A stretch of DNA of 64,000 nucleotides. Source: Archaeoglobi archaeon JdFR-42 (lineage in GTDB: Archaea > Halobacteriota > Archaeoglobi > Archaeoglobales > JdFR-42). Below the pieces are notes generated by a model. The model was not told the origin of the DNA. It saw only the letters and a list, made by a program, of their open reading frames with translations, and ran no database searches. Position numbers and translations under genes: made by a program. The stretch spans positions 110,128 to 174,127 of the forward strand of contig MTND01000022.1 in NCBI GenBank assembly GCA_002010305.1. The letters run 5' to 3'. Below are positions 39,558-49,594 of this stretch, piece by piece. The stretch's first letter is position 1. Each line of letters begins with the position of its first letter.

Positions 39558-40628
39558 GTGTTTTTGATGACGGAGGGGGAAGAATTGAAAAATAAGCAGA
39601 ATGATGCTAAAAAAGATACAGGTGTTGTTCCCATAGGAATTAAACTGGGTTCTCAGCGAACTGTGGTTGTTACAGGAGATAATACTCACGTTATCCAGAC
39701 ATGTGTTAAAGAAAGTGAGAATCCGATTACTGGTGAAAAGGAATATGTGGTTGGGAATGAAGCTCTAGAGCTGTATGGCGATGAGGCCATCTACATGTTG
39801 AGAGGAGGATTGCCCGGAAATGATGAGGAAGCAGACCTTCTTAGAGTCTTCTTGGGCCATATTATAGAAGAATATGGTCTTACTGAAAACAGTTATGTTA
39901 CATATGCCGTCCCCTCTACAGAAAATGAAGCGGGAATAGATCTAATTAAAAAAGTTATAAGTCAGGTTCCTGTGGGTTGGGCTGGTAAAGAAATATGGAA
40001 TGACTCCTTCCTTGGTGCCTCAGCGTTTCCTGAGGGCATTGATATGATTGAAAAAACGTTTCTAGTGATCAATCTCGGATCAAGTACTACAGAACTGGTG
40101 GCGGTGAGAAAAGGTGAGATAATTCTAAATATGGTTACAGGAACTGTTTGCGGCGATCTTGTGGATAGATGGATCAAAAACGAAATCCAGAACGAAACTC
40201 GAGGAGCAGTAAACGTTGATCTGACTACCGCCAGAATGTACAAGGAGACGTACGCTAATCTAAAGAAATGGGAAAACGTTCAGGAGTCTGTCCATCTTTT
40301 TGAACGAGGGAAGTTCAGTTTTAGAATTGACGAATGTATTATACGACCAATAATCAGATATCTAGATAGACTTGTTGACTTTATGTGTCTGGAGTTCTTA
40401 CCAGAACTTGCGGAAAGCCACTTCTCTGTGTATAAGCAGGTTCTGAACAGGGAATTTATACTTGTAGGTGGAATGGCCGAAATTGAGGGTTTGAAAGAGC
40501 GTCTTGCAACAAAACTGGCTGAAGCTCTTGGTACAGGAATTTCAATTAAATGTCCTGAGAACCCAAGTACTGCTTCAGCACGTGGAGCATATCTAATTTC
40601 CAAATACAGGATTGAAAATAAACAGTAA
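39558..40628 (+). CDS. divergent actin/MreB/Hsp70-fold protein with degenerate phosphate-binding motifs
   Basis: 356 aa. Phosphate-1-like IGIKLGSQRTVV, phosphate-2-like LVINLGSSTTELV and adenosine-like ILVGGMAEIEGL. The usual Asp residues are replaced by Lys and Asn. An alternative ATG lies at 39567. Confidence 0.55.
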   Translation: MFLMTEGEELKNKQNDAKKDTGVVPIGIKLGSQRTVVVTGDNTHVIQTCVKESENPITGEKEYVVGNEALELYGDEAIYMLRGGLPGNDEEADLLRVFLGHIIEEYGLTENSYVTYAVPSTENEAGIDLIKKVISQVPVGWAGKEIWNDSFLGASAFPEGIDMIEKTFLVINLGSSTTELVAVRKGEIILNMVTGTVCGDLVDRWIKNEIQNETRGAVNVDLTTARMYKETYANLKKWENVQESVHLFERGKFSFRIDECIIRPIIRYLDRLVDFMCLEFLPELAESHFSVYKQVLNREFILVGGMAEIEGLKERLATKLAEALGTGISIKCPENPSTASARGAYLISKYRIENKQ

Positions 40629-40644
40629 AAAGCGGTGAGATGGG

Positions 40645-41190
40645 ATGGTGACTGACATTGAGGCTAAATTGGCAAGATGGGATGAATTATTTGAAGATTT
40701 AAATAAAATTGTTCAAGAGATCATTCCTACTATTGAGAAGACCAGAGAGGAGCTGGATAAAAGGATAACCGAAATTGAGAAGAGGTATATTCTAATAAAA
40801 AAGGATTTGGACGAACTACAAAAGAAATTCAGTGGAGTGGAAACGAAAGCTTATGAAAGTACTGAAAAGATAAAAGCCAAAGTAGAAAAAGAAACACTCC
40901 AGAAGATCGATATTGAAGCTATTAAAAAAGAACTGAATGAGGAAATAAAAAAACTACGGGATGAAGTAGATAAAGTCAGAAAAGTAGGAACCACTCTAAG
41001 GCCAGATGTCACAGAAGAGATCAGAGAAATCAAATCCATTTTATCAAACCTCAAAGAAGAAGTTAAGAAAAATAAAGAATCCATCGATAAACTCTCAGAG
41101 GACATGGAAAGTTTCATTGTGTTTTTTGAAAAGAGAGGTGTTGAAACCATCAGGAAAAAAATTGAGTTCAAGTCTCCCCGGATATTATGA
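40645..41190 (+). CDS. coiled-coil protein
   Basis: 181 aa, K/E-rich heptad-like sequence throughout. Starts 16 nt after the actin-fold gene. Confidence 0.55.
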   Translation: MVTDIEAKLARWDELFEDLNKIVQEIIPTIEKTREELDKRITEIEKRYILIKKDLDELQKKFSGVETKAYESTEKIKAKVEKETLQKIDIEAIKKELNEEIKKLRDEVDKVRKVGTTLRPDVTEEIREIKSILSNLKEEVKKNKESIDKLSEDMESFIVFFEKRGVETIRKKIEFKSPRIL

Positions 41191-41260
41191 GCTGTAAATT
41201 TACAGGCTGATACTCCACCGGTAAAGAGCATATGAACTTTCCACAACAAAAGTGGTGAAA

Positions 41261-42079
41261 ATGAAACAGCAGTTATCAGAGCTTTCTAATAAATTAAAGC
41301 GCATTATAGATAAATATCATCTTCTGAAAAAGGGTGGTGGAGAGGTTATATGCATACTTTCTGGTAAGGGTGGGGTGGGGAAGACAACTCTGGTTATCAA
41401 CATCGGTTCCAGTCTAGCGTTGAAAAATAAAAAAGTTCTTTTAATTGATCTGAACTTTGCCCTTCCAACCCTACATCTGTTTCTTGGGGAAAAGACAGAG
41501 GTTACTATGACCCATTATCTCGCCGGAATTTCTGATTTGGAGAATATCGTTCCTGGAAAGATTAAATTGAAATCAGGTGAAGAGGTATCTGTTATTCCTT
41601 CTGAATCTCTTGTTAACCTTGGTGAGAGAATAGACGTGGAGAGGCTCGGTGCAGCCATTAACCATTTCAGACTGTATTTTGACTATATATTTCTGGATGT
41701 GGGCCCCGGTATGAGCAAGTATTCCTTATATCCCATAACGGTATCCGATAGAGTGTTCATAGTGTCTGTTGATGAGTGGCCAGCTTACAAAGATGCTATG
41801 AGTGTTAAAAAAATGATCAAGTCTATGGGTTCTGATGATGATGGATTTATATTAAATATGGTAAAAACTACCAATCCATCGAAGCTAAAGCATAGGTGGG
41901 GCGATTCTATTTTTGGAGTTATCCCCTATGATAAACATCTCAAACTGGCTTTTCAGAATGGGGAACCAATTTTTAACTACAAATTGAGTTTTCTGTCTAA
42001 AGGGAAAAAGTATATTGACAGGATAGCAGAAAAAATAATTTTTACGTACTCTATTACGGAATATGATTTTAGATTGTAG
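41261..42079 (+). CDS. MinD/ParA-family P-loop ATPase
   Basis: Deviant Walker A SGKGGVGKTT and Walker B IFLDVGPG. The ATG at 41261 is preceded by GGTGA. Confidence 0.8.
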   Translation: MKQQLSELSNKLKRIIDKYHLLKKGGGEVICILSGKGGVGKTTLVINIGSSLALKNKKVLLIDLNFALPTLHLFLGEKTEVTMTHYLAGISDLENIVPGKIKLKSGEEVSVIPSESLVNLGERIDVERLGAAINHFRLYFDYIFLDVGPGMSKYSLYPITVSDRVFIVSVDEWPAYKDAMSVKKMIKSMGSDDDGFILNMVKTTNPSKLKHRWGDSIFGVIPYDKHLKLAFQNGEPIFNYKLSFLSKGKKYIDRIAEKIIFTYSITEYDFRL

Positions 42080-42738
42080 TGAGAGAAGAGTTATTTTGTA
42101 GATTTGAAAGTTTTAATTTTTGTGTGCAGGAAATATAATACTCCTTTTAAGAGTTCTTCTTTTGAAAGAACAGAAAAATCCATATCACTGATCCATCCAT
42201 CTACCATGCTTTCAGAGCATATACAGGAATTGAAGTTCTTGAAGAGACGGTTGTTGAATCCACCGTTGTTGCCCATCTATCAAGGGTTTGTGATGTTTAC
42301 TTCTGGAAAAACGCATCAGAAGTTGATGCCATATGCAATATTGATGGAAAACAGATCGGGTTTGGGGTTAAATGGGGTGTTAGGTCATGGAGACGGCCAA
42401 AACATCTTGACAGAGAGTTTCTGCTTGATAAAAGTAAAATTCCAACTTTTCTGGCCTCAGTAGCATGGTAACCCGATGTAACAAACAATGAAAAATTTAA
42501 TTCCCTGTGGTATATGGGATGGTTATCACGAATGTGGGTTTTACAGGATTTTCACATTCTTATGTCATTATAGAGCTTTCAACACAATCACATTCTGCAG
42601 AATGCTACAGTAACAAAAGTAAATCTAACTTAAAGTAAAAGCTCTATCCTCCATGAAAAGGAGCCAGAAATGAAACCAGTAAAAATATTTTAATATCTTG
42701 GTGACCATCCATTCTGTGTTTCATGGGGGACTCTGAAA

Positions 42739-43635
42739 ATGAGTGATAAATTTAAACTTGAATTAACAAAACTGAAGGCCAGACTTGTTTTCCCGAAGGG
42801 ATTTCAACTGCCATACTGGCTGGGAAACAAATTCAGAGGGGGTTTTGGTTCTGTTTTAAGAAAAGCGATATGTGGGTACCTCAACCCTGACTGCCTGGAC
42901 TGTAGACAGAGAAATGACTGTTTGTATTACGATATGTACGAGAAAGAGAAGCAAAAACGAGGGTACGGGAAACCTGTGAGACCTATTATATTCATTCCTC
43001 CATTTTTTGGAAAATCCCTCACAGTTGAGAAGGATGGTTTTCTAAACCTAGACATTCTTATGTTTGGATACTATGACAGATACCTGCCCCATCTCATTTA
43101 TGGCCTTCGCTTTCTGGGGAAACTCGGGCTGAATAAGTTCTCGAAATACTATATTGAGGTAGTGGAGTGTGTGGGTAAAAAGGTATATGATGGCGAAACG
43201 ATAATAGTTGAGAATCTGAGAAAAATCAATCTGGGGAATGTGGATTATACCAAATACAGGGGTGTAAAAAAACTAAAGATACTTTTCAGGACACCCATAG
43301 ACCTAGAAAAAGAAGAGATCTCTCTGGAATTTCTATTGAAAATGATTCGGAAAAGGCTCATTCTCTTCACTAACGAATATGGGGCGGGTAAAATCCCGGA
43401 CTTCCTATGTGAAAGCAGGACATTGACCCAAAAACTCAATTCTCACAAATTGCCCCATATCTCTAAAAGGCATGGAAAACGGACTTTCAGAGGGTACACC
43501 GGGTATTTTGAGGCGGAAGTTGAACACATGGATGATTTTGCCGTTAACTTACTGGCCATAGGCGAAGAAATAGGTGCAGGCTCAAAGTCCAGTTATGGTA
43601 TGGGATTTTTCAGGGTTGAATCAGAGAATGGTTAA
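42739..43635 (+). CDS. Cas6-like RAMP protein (DUF2276/Cas6 C-terminal type) with N-terminal 4-Cys cluster; orphan
   Basis: 298 aa. C-terminal glycine-rich loop GAGSKSSYGMGFF, N-terminal FRGGFGSVLRKAICGYLNPDCLDCRQRNDCLYYDMY. No CRISPR array or cas genes in the window. Confidence 0.55.
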   Translation: MSDKFKLELTKLKARLVFPKGFQLPYWLGNKFRGGFGSVLRKAICGYLNPDCLDCRQRNDCLYYDMYEKEKQKRGYGKPVRPIIFIPPFFGKSLTVEKDGFLNLDILMFGYYDRYLPHLIYGLRFLGKLGLNKFSKYYIEVVECVGKKVYDGETIIVENLRKINLGNVDYTKYRGVKKLKILFRTPIDLEKEEISLEFLLKMIRKRLILFTNEYGAGKIPDFLCESRTLTQKLNSHKLPHISKRHGKRTFRGYTGYFEAEVEHMDDFAVNLLAIGEEIGAGSKSSYGMGFFRVESENG

Positions 43636-43643
43636 CTGACGTA

Positions 43644-44633
43644 TTACGTGGAATGTAACTCCCTCACTATTTCTTCGGCCATCCCCATCGTAGACAGGTT
43701 CCCTCCAAGATCTGGAGTAACTTTTCCTTCAAGCAGAACATGCTCCAGAGCTTTTTCAATTTGCCCTGCTTCGTCTCTATAACCGAGATACTCCAGCATC
43801 ATAGCAGCACTCAGGATCATGGCAGATGGGTTTGCTATTCCTTTGCCAGCTATATCTGGTGCTGAGCCATGGACAGGCTCAAATATGGCATTCTCATCTC
43901 CAATATTGGCTGAAGGAAGAAGCCCTAGTCCACCTACAAGTCCAGCTGCCTCATCAGAAAGTATATCTCCAAATAAATTTGTCGTTACGATCACATCAAA
44001 TCTCTTAGGATCCAACACGAGAAACATTGCTGCCGCATCCACATAATATTCGTCATATTCAATATCCTGATATTTTTTTGCAACTTCTCTGCACGAGTCT
44101 CTGAACAACCCACATGTTTTCTTCATCACGTTGGCTTTATGAATACAGGAAACCTTCCTCCTCCCGTTATCTCTGGCGTATTTAAATGCAAATTCAGCTA
44201 TGCGCTTTGAAGCCTTCTCAGTTATGACCCTCATCGCAACACTCATTCCTGCTTCAGGTTCAAATTCAATTCCTTTATACATGCATTCTGAATTCTCTCT
44301 TACTATCACAAGATCCACGTCAGGATATAAACATTTAACACCAGGATAGGATTTTGCTGGCCTTAGATTAACATAGGTTTTGAGAGCTTGCCTTAGCTTT
44401 ATTATAACTCCAGCAGCAGTCTCTCCTGCAGCTCCAAAGAGTACTGCATCTGATTTTTTAGCCTTATCAAGAGTTTCCTCAGGCAATGCCGTACCATGCT
44501 CTTTCAGGGCATCATCTCCTGCATCTAGGGTTACCATCTCAAAATCCATACCCAAGGAGTCAATAACTCTTAAAGCAGCATCCATAACTTCTTTTCCAAT
44601 CCCATCTCCTGGAATAATTGCGATTTTTTTCAT
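43644..44633 (-). CDS. 3-isopropylmalate / homoisocitrate dehydrogenase family
   Basis: 329 aa. Contains [10 protein letters not shown] and [12 protein letters not shown]. Confidence 0.85.
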   Translation of the reverse strand: MKKIAIIPGDGIGKEVMDAALRVIDSLGMDFEMVTLDAGDDALKEHGTALPEETLDKAKKSDAVLFGAAGETAAGVIIKLRQALKTYVNLRPAKSYPGVKCLYPDVDLVIVRENSECMYKGIEFEPEAGMSVAMRVITEKASKRIAEFAFKYARDNGRRKVSCIHKANVMKKTCGLFRDSCREVAKKYQDIEYDEYYVDAAAMFLVLDPKRFDVIVTTNLFGDILSDEAAGLVGGLGLLPSANIGDENAIFEPVHGSAPDIAGKGIANPSAMILSAAMMLEYLGYRDEAGQIEKALEHVLLEGKVTPDLGGNLSTMGMAEEIVRELHST

Positions 44634-45112
44634 TGCCTCACCAACTCTTTTGCAAAATTGATGAGGCCACCTTTGTCGATTATTCTGGTAAGGAACTCAG
44701 GGAGCCTCTTGATCTCATATTCCTCGTCTTTGGTTCTGTTTATTATTTTCCCATTTACAAAGTCTACATCCACTTCGTCTCCATCGTCTATTGCATCCAC
44801 ATGATCCGTCTCAATAACACCAAGGCCAATGTTTATGGCATTTCGGAAAAATATCCTGGCAAAAGATCTGGCGATGACCCATTCAATTCCCGCTCCTTTC
44901 AGTGCAAGAGGTGCATGTTCACGACTCGAACCACTCCCGAAATTCCTTCCTGCCACTATTACATCTCCTCTCTTCACGTGCTTTGCAAAATCCTTCCTGA
45001 TATTCTCAAAGGCATGTTTTGCTAGCTCTTCAGGATCGTTGATAACCAGATACTTACCGGGAATTATAATATCTGTATCAATATCATCTCCGAATTTCCA
45101 TACTCTTCCCAT
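44630..45112 (-). CDS. 3-isopropylmalate dehydratase / homoaconitase small subunit
   Basis: 160 aa. Contains [12 protein letters not shown] and GSGSSREHA. 4-nt overlap with the downstream dehydrogenase gene. Confidence 0.85.
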   Translation of the reverse strand: MGRVWKFGDDIDTDIIIPGKYLVINDPEELAKHAFENIRKDFAKHVKRGDVIVAGRNFGSGSSREHAPLALKGAGIEWVIARSFARIFFRNAINIGLGVIETDHVDAIDDGDEVDVDFVNGKIINRTKDEEYEIKRLPEFLTRIIDKGGLINFAKELVRQ

Positions 45113-45160
45113 AATGCTACCCTCCGCAGTTATACCTCCATACCACCAACGTATTAAAAA

Positions 45161-46072
45161 TTACCTGTTTACCAGATAGGCATACAGCATAGGGAGGGCA
45201 ATGGTAGCATCACAGTAAACAGTAACGGCTTTGGCCCCCTCTTTGAGCTTGCACCAAGATTTTGCCTCTTCCAAGGTTGCTCCCGAAAGCCCTCCAAATT
45301 GAGGTGTGTCAGTGGTAATCTGGATTGCATAATCAAAACCATCAGCGAGGAGCATGGACTGGAGGACAAAATTTTTCGGAACTCCTCCGCCAATTATACA
45401 CGTTCCTTTTCTCTCACTTTCAAAGCAGTGATCGATCATTTCCTTTACATCCAGAGACTGATCTATAGAAAGTTTTTCATTTCGATAGATCATGAAGTGC
45501 AATCCTGCAATGGAATCGAAGAAAGTAGGACAGTACACTGGAACACTGTTTTCGTAGGCAGTGTGGAGAATCGAATCCTTGCCTAATCTTTCCCCGATAA
45601 CTCTCAGAATGGAGGCAGTCGAATATACTCCTTCCAATTCCTCAAACAATTTCCCCAGAAATTCTTCCACTTTTTCAAAGGATTTCTGAGGGAGGAGAAC
45701 ATCATAAATTCTGTTGATGTTTCTTGTTCTCAGCTCGAGGTCATCATATGTGGCTGAGCCTTTGAGATGATAAAGGCCGAGCCCTTCAATGATGTCATGG
45801 ACGACATTGGCTCCAGTTGTTATCAGAACATGAATCATACCATTCTGTATCATGGAGGAGACTATACTACCCAATCCAGCGGGAACCATAGCTCCAGCGA
45901 GAGAAAAGAAGATTTTTGCTTTGCTATCCAGCATCTCCTCAAAGATCTCTCCCGCTTCACCCAACCTCCGTCCATTGTAAGCAGTGTCTTTCATCTGATC
46001 TACAAGCTCTTTTACAGTAATTCCTTCCCTGATGTTTAACCGTTTCACAGGGTTGTTAATAGGGTTATGCAT
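45161..46072 (-). CDS. dys: deoxyhypusine synthase
   Basis: 303 aa. Contains [20 protein letters not shown] and IGGGVPKNF. Confidence 0.9.
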   Translation of the reverse strand: MHNPINNPVKRLNIREGITVKELVDQMKDTAYNGRRLGEAGEIFEEMLDSKAKIFFSLAGAMVPAGLGSIVSSMIQNGMIHVLITTGANVVHDIIEGLGLYHLKGSATYDDLELRTRNINRIYDVLLPQKSFEKVEEFLGKLFEELEGVYSTASILRVIGERLGKDSILHTAYENSVPVYCPTFFDSIAGLHFMIYRNEKLSIDQSLDVKEMIDHCFESERKGTCIIGGGVPKNFVLQSMLLADGFDYAIQITTDTPQFGGLSGATLEEAKSWCKLKEGAKAVTVYCDATIALPMLYAYLVNR

Positions 46073-46115
46073 AAAAACATAGCCTTAAATAACATTTATA
46101 ACTCTTTGGTATAAG

Positions 46116-47246
46116 ATGAAATTCAGTAACAAGGCCATCTCCTCTCTTACTTACGCCCATCTCATCAATGATCTGTATTTTATAGTCCTTCCACCATTGT
46201 TACCTCTCATCATCGAAGACTTTAACCTGTCGTATTTTATGGCAGGAATACTACTTTTCGCATCTACCATTACCACAGCCCTTCTACAACCTTTTGTGGG
46301 ATATTATGCAGATACCCATAGAGTGAGGAAAAAAGCCATCATAGCGGGACTTGCCTTTTTTATAATATCGTTGCCAATCATTGGTGCAGCAAAAAGCTTC
46401 ATCAATCTGATTCTTGCAGCCATGTTCATGGGTTTGGGAGGGACCACATACCATCCACAAGCTACGTCTCTCATCTCCAACATGTTCAGAAATCACAGAG
46501 GCAAGTATATGGGCATACACGGAGTGGGAGGCCATCTTGGAACCTCTCTTGGACCAATTGTGGTAGGTGCTCTTGCCGCCGCTATTGGCTGGAGACTTGG
46601 AATCCTGTTACTCATGCTTCCTGGTATAGTTGCTATGGTGGCTGTATGGCTGTTCACCCAGGAACCAGAGACGACAGGAGAAGGAGGTGTGTGGGGAAGT
46701 TTCACCCGGGAAATTCTGTTACTCTGCATTGCTTCACTCATTCCAGGGATAATTCTGAGAGGATTTGTGGCCTTTCTACCTCCCTATTATTACAGTTCAG
46801 GTTACAACATCTTTTATGCTGATCTGATTTCATCCATTGTGCTGGTAGCAGGTGTGATGGGCCAGCCAGCAGGTGGATGGCTTTCTGACAGAATCGGACG
46901 AAAGAGAATCTACTATATTTCATTTATTCTTCTCGGAGTCTTCATTCCAGCTTTTGTATTCATACAGACTCTATCTTCTCTCCTAGCTCTTTTCATCATA
47001 GGATTTGCAATTGCCATGACCTTTCCAGTTGGGCTTCTATTTGCCTACGAACTTGCTCCAAAAAACCAGGGAGGCTCAGCTGTGGGATTGGTATTTGGGT
47101 CCAGTATGCTTGGGACAGCTTTCATACCTCCGATAATTGGGCATATCGTGGATAATTTTGGATTCGATATAGGTTTCATATCTCTTGCCATCTTTCCGTA
47201 TCTAGGGATGGTTGTTGTTCATCTAATTCCTGAGGTGAATAGATAG
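46116..47246 (+). CDS. MFS transporter
   Basis: 376 aa with about 12 TM segments and GWLSDRIGRKR loop motifs. Confidence 0.8.
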   Translation: MKFSNKAISSLTYAHLINDLYFIVLPPLLPLIIEDFNLSYFMAGILLFASTITTALLQPFVGYYADTHRVRKKAIIAGLAFFIISLPIIGAAKSFINLILAAMFMGLGGTTYHPQATSLISNMFRNHRGKYMGIHGVGGHLGTSLGPIVVGALAAAIGWRLGILLLMLPGIVAMVAVWLFTQEPETTGEGGVWGSFTREILLLCIASLIPGIILRGFVAFLPPYYYSSGYNIFYADLISSIVLVAGVMGQPAGGWLSDRIGRKRIYYISFILLGVFIPAFVFIQTLSSLLALFIIGFAIAMTFPVGLLFAYELAPKNQGGSAVGLVFGSSMLGTAFIPPIIGHIVDNFGFDIGFISLAIFPYLGMVVVHLIPEVNR

Positions 47247-47734
47247 TGAAAAAAAGAAAAGAAAATATGAGAGTAAAGTACCGGCGTTACCAGCATCTTG
47301 AGAAAAAAAGCTATGGAGAGTTAATGAGTATTATAAAGAGATATTCCCATTTTACACCCAGAGAGCTTGTAGTGGCCCGTTTATGTTCCGAATTCAGAGA
47401 TCCAATGGGTAGAGTGGAGATGACATGGATCGGAGATAATTTTGATGAACTGGTTCCTTTTGCAATAAGTCCAGTTTCAAGACAAAATATTTCTACCACC
47501 TATGCATCTTTCAAAAAGAAGCTGGTTAAATCAGGAGTAACCTTTTTCTTTTCTCTGTATTCAGGACTGATAACCAGTGAAGAGATGCTGACAATTCTGG
47601 AAGAGGTAGTAGAAGGGGTAAAAACTCTCATTGAGATTGAAGCTGGTAGAAGTATAGAAGGAGTAGAGGAAGAGGTTATGAAAAAGGCGGTAGAGGCCTT
47701 CAGAATAATGAATGAAAGAATTGCCGGAGTGTGA
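47246..47734 (+). CDS. hypothetical protein
   Basis: 162-aa ORF abutting the MFS stop. No recognisable motif. An alternative ATG lies at 47267. Confidence 0.4.
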   Translation: MKKRKENMRVKYRRYQHLEKKSYGELMSIIKRYSHFTPRELVVARLCSEFRDPMGRVEMTWIGDNFDELVPFAISPVSRQNISTTYASFKKKLVKSGVTFFFSLYSGLITSEEMLTILEEVVEGVKTLIEIEAGRSIEGVEEEVMKKAVEAFRIMNERIAGV

Positions 47735-47737
47735 GAA

Positions 47738-48745
47738 ATGAGTAAAACAGGGAAGCTCATGTTTACTTCCATCTCTATTAGCATACTAACTCTCGCCCTT
47801 ATTCTGTTCCTGACAGTAGACAGGTCAACATATGAAGTGTTGAAGAGCTTCAATATGCTATTTCTCTTTGTTGCAATCATTTTTCATTTGCTGGCTTGGG
47901 CTTCCTGGAGTTTTAGAATCAAATATCTCAGCAGAGGAATCGGAAAAGATGTTACTGTGAAAGAGTCTTTTGAAATTCTGGTTCCAAGTCTGTTTGTTGC
48001 TGCTATCACTCCATCATCCATTGGAGGAGAACCCCTCCGGATTTACATGCTCTCAAAAAAAGGACTCTCTTACGGAGAGGCAACTGCAATCATTTTGGGT
48101 GGAAGGTTGCTAGATTTTCTGTTTGTCATATCTCTGGCTCTCGTCTCCACTTTAATTCTGGGTTTTTCTACTAAAAATGTTCTGTTTCGAAATATGCTGA
48201 TAATTGCCCTGTTTTTTGTATTTTTGGGGCTATTTTTCTTTATCCTTGGGGTTGTAAAACCAGAGTCAATTGACAGAATATTCAGAAAATTCTCATTTAT
48301 CCTCAAAAGGATGGGAAAGGATGTGAAATACTACAGTAATAAACTGATACAGGAAATGGAGAATCTTAACAAAGCCCTAAAAGTGTTATTGAAAGAAGGA
48401 AAGGGAGAGATTATGCTTGGTATCTTGGGCACAGTAGGATACTGGGTGTTTGATCTTATAGTACCATGGGTATTGCTTCTTGGCTTGGGAATTGAAGCTA
48501 GTTTGATACAGGTGATGGTCATACAGCTTTTCCTCTATATTGTGATTCTAGCTCCAATAACACCCGGGAGTAGCGGACTAGCTGAGACGAGTGCCAGTGT
48601 TATGTTCGCTTCATTAGTAAAACCCTCTCTTTTGGGTGTATTTGTGGTAATGTGGAGGTTTGTCTTGTATTATTTTAACATGCTGGCCGGTTTGGTTATG
48701 GGTATGAAGGTAGTAAAGGAAAGTGAGTGGTTTAAGACAAGGTGA
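47738..48745 (+). CDS. UPF0104 / lysylphosphatidylglycerol-synthase-TM-like (flippase-like) membrane protein
   Basis: 335 aa and polytopic. Contains TPSSIGGEPLRIYML and PITPGSSGLAE. Confidence 0.7.
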   Translation: MSKTGKLMFTSISISILTLALILFLTVDRSTYEVLKSFNMLFLFVAIIFHLLAWASWSFRIKYLSRGIGKDVTVKESFEILVPSLFVAAITPSSIGGEPLRIYMLSKKGLSYGEATAIILGGRLLDFLFVISLALVSTLILGFSTKNVLFRNMLIIALFFVFLGLFFFILGVVKPESIDRIFRKFSFILKRMGKDVKYYSNKLIQEMENLNKALKVLLKEGKGEIMLGILGTVGYWVFDLIVPWVLLLGLGIEASLIQVMVIQLFLYIVILAPITPGSSGLAETSASVMFASLVKPSLLGVFVVMWRFVLYYFNMLAGLVMGMKVVKESEWFKTR

Positions 48746-48749
48746 GAGG

Positions 48750-49403
48750 ATGGGGATTGTTAAAAATACAGGCATCATTCTAGCACTAGATGTGGTGGAT
48801 AGAGCAAAAGCTATAGAAATTGCAAAGAAAACGAGGGAATATGTGGATGCTATAAAGGTTGGATATCCTCTAGTGTTGAATACATCCATTGATGTGATAT
48901 CAGAAATAAGTAAAGTACAAAATGTAATTGCTGATTTCAAAATTGCGGATATACCATATGTCAGCAGGATAATTGCAGAAACAGCCCTTGAACATAGGGC
49001 AATGGGTGTAATAGTTCATGGATTTGTGGGTAGAGATGTGCTTCTGGCTATTAGAAATGTGACAGAAGCCTCTGATGCAGAGATGTACGTGGTAACAGAA
49101 ATGAGTCATCCTGGAGCGAGGGATTTCATAATGGAGCATACACAAGCTATGGCTGAAATGGCCGTTAAAGTTGAGGCAGATGGTGTTGTGGCTCCAGCAA
49201 CACGTCCAGAAAGAATCAAGCTCATCAGAGAAATTGTTGGAGATAGAAAGATCATCTGTCCCGGTGTTGGCGCACAGGGAGGAGAGATAAAGAAAGTTCT
49301 CTCTTACGGAGGAGATTTTGCTATTGTAGGTCGAAGAGTTTATAATTCGCCAGACCCTGCTGGTGAGGTCAGAGCGTTAATAAGAGAGATAAAAGGTAAA
49401 TGA
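48750..49403 (+). CDS. pyrF: orotidine 5'-phosphate decarboxylase
   Basis: Contains ILALDV, DAIKVG and ADFKIADIP. The ATG at 48750 follows GGTGAGAGG. Confidence 0.85.
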   Translation: MGIVKNTGIILALDVVDRAKAIEIAKKTREYVDAIKVGYPLVLNTSIDVISEISKVQNVIADFKIADIPYVSRIIAETALEHRAMGVIVHGFVGRDVLLAIRNVTEASDAEMYVVTEMSHPGARDFIMEHTQAMAEMAVKVEADGVVAPATRPERIKLIREIVGDRKIICPGVGAQGGEIKKVLSYGGDFAIVGRRVYNSPDPAGEVRALIREIKGK

Positions 49404-49594
49404 ATAAGAAAGTGGAATTTTCCAGTTTGGTGAGATATTCAGATCTTTCAATTTTTTCATGAGGAGAGATCCGCCTACACAAATCCCGGATGGATAAAAG
49501 ATTTCGAAAAAGTTCAGCAATTTTGAACTTCTCATAATGCAGGGTCAGCAGATAGGAAGAATGAGTATAAGAATGGGGATGGGAATGAATTAAC

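Noticed and set aside
40645-41190. GrpE-like nucleotide-exchange factor for the preceding Hsp70/actin-fold protein
   Set aside because: Only the coiled-coil character fits. No GrpE C-terminal beta-domain motifs are present, and the upstream protein lacks an Hsp70 substrate-binding domain.
42241-42310. A reverse-frame peptide KPLIDGQQRWIQ contains the DGQQR signature of DUF262/GmrSD-type defense nucleases
   Set aside because: The open frame is only about 45 codons. The expected upstream (F/Y)QR..Y.W block is absent at proper spacing. The sequence after DGQQR does not resemble the LTTL continuation. Most likely a chance match, or too decayed to call.
42104-42463. 119-aa + strand ORF and two 61-63-aa - strand ORFs in the gap upstream of the Cas6-like gene
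   Set aside because: They overlap one another, show no motifs or start-site signals, and have implausible composition. The region is treated as non-coding.
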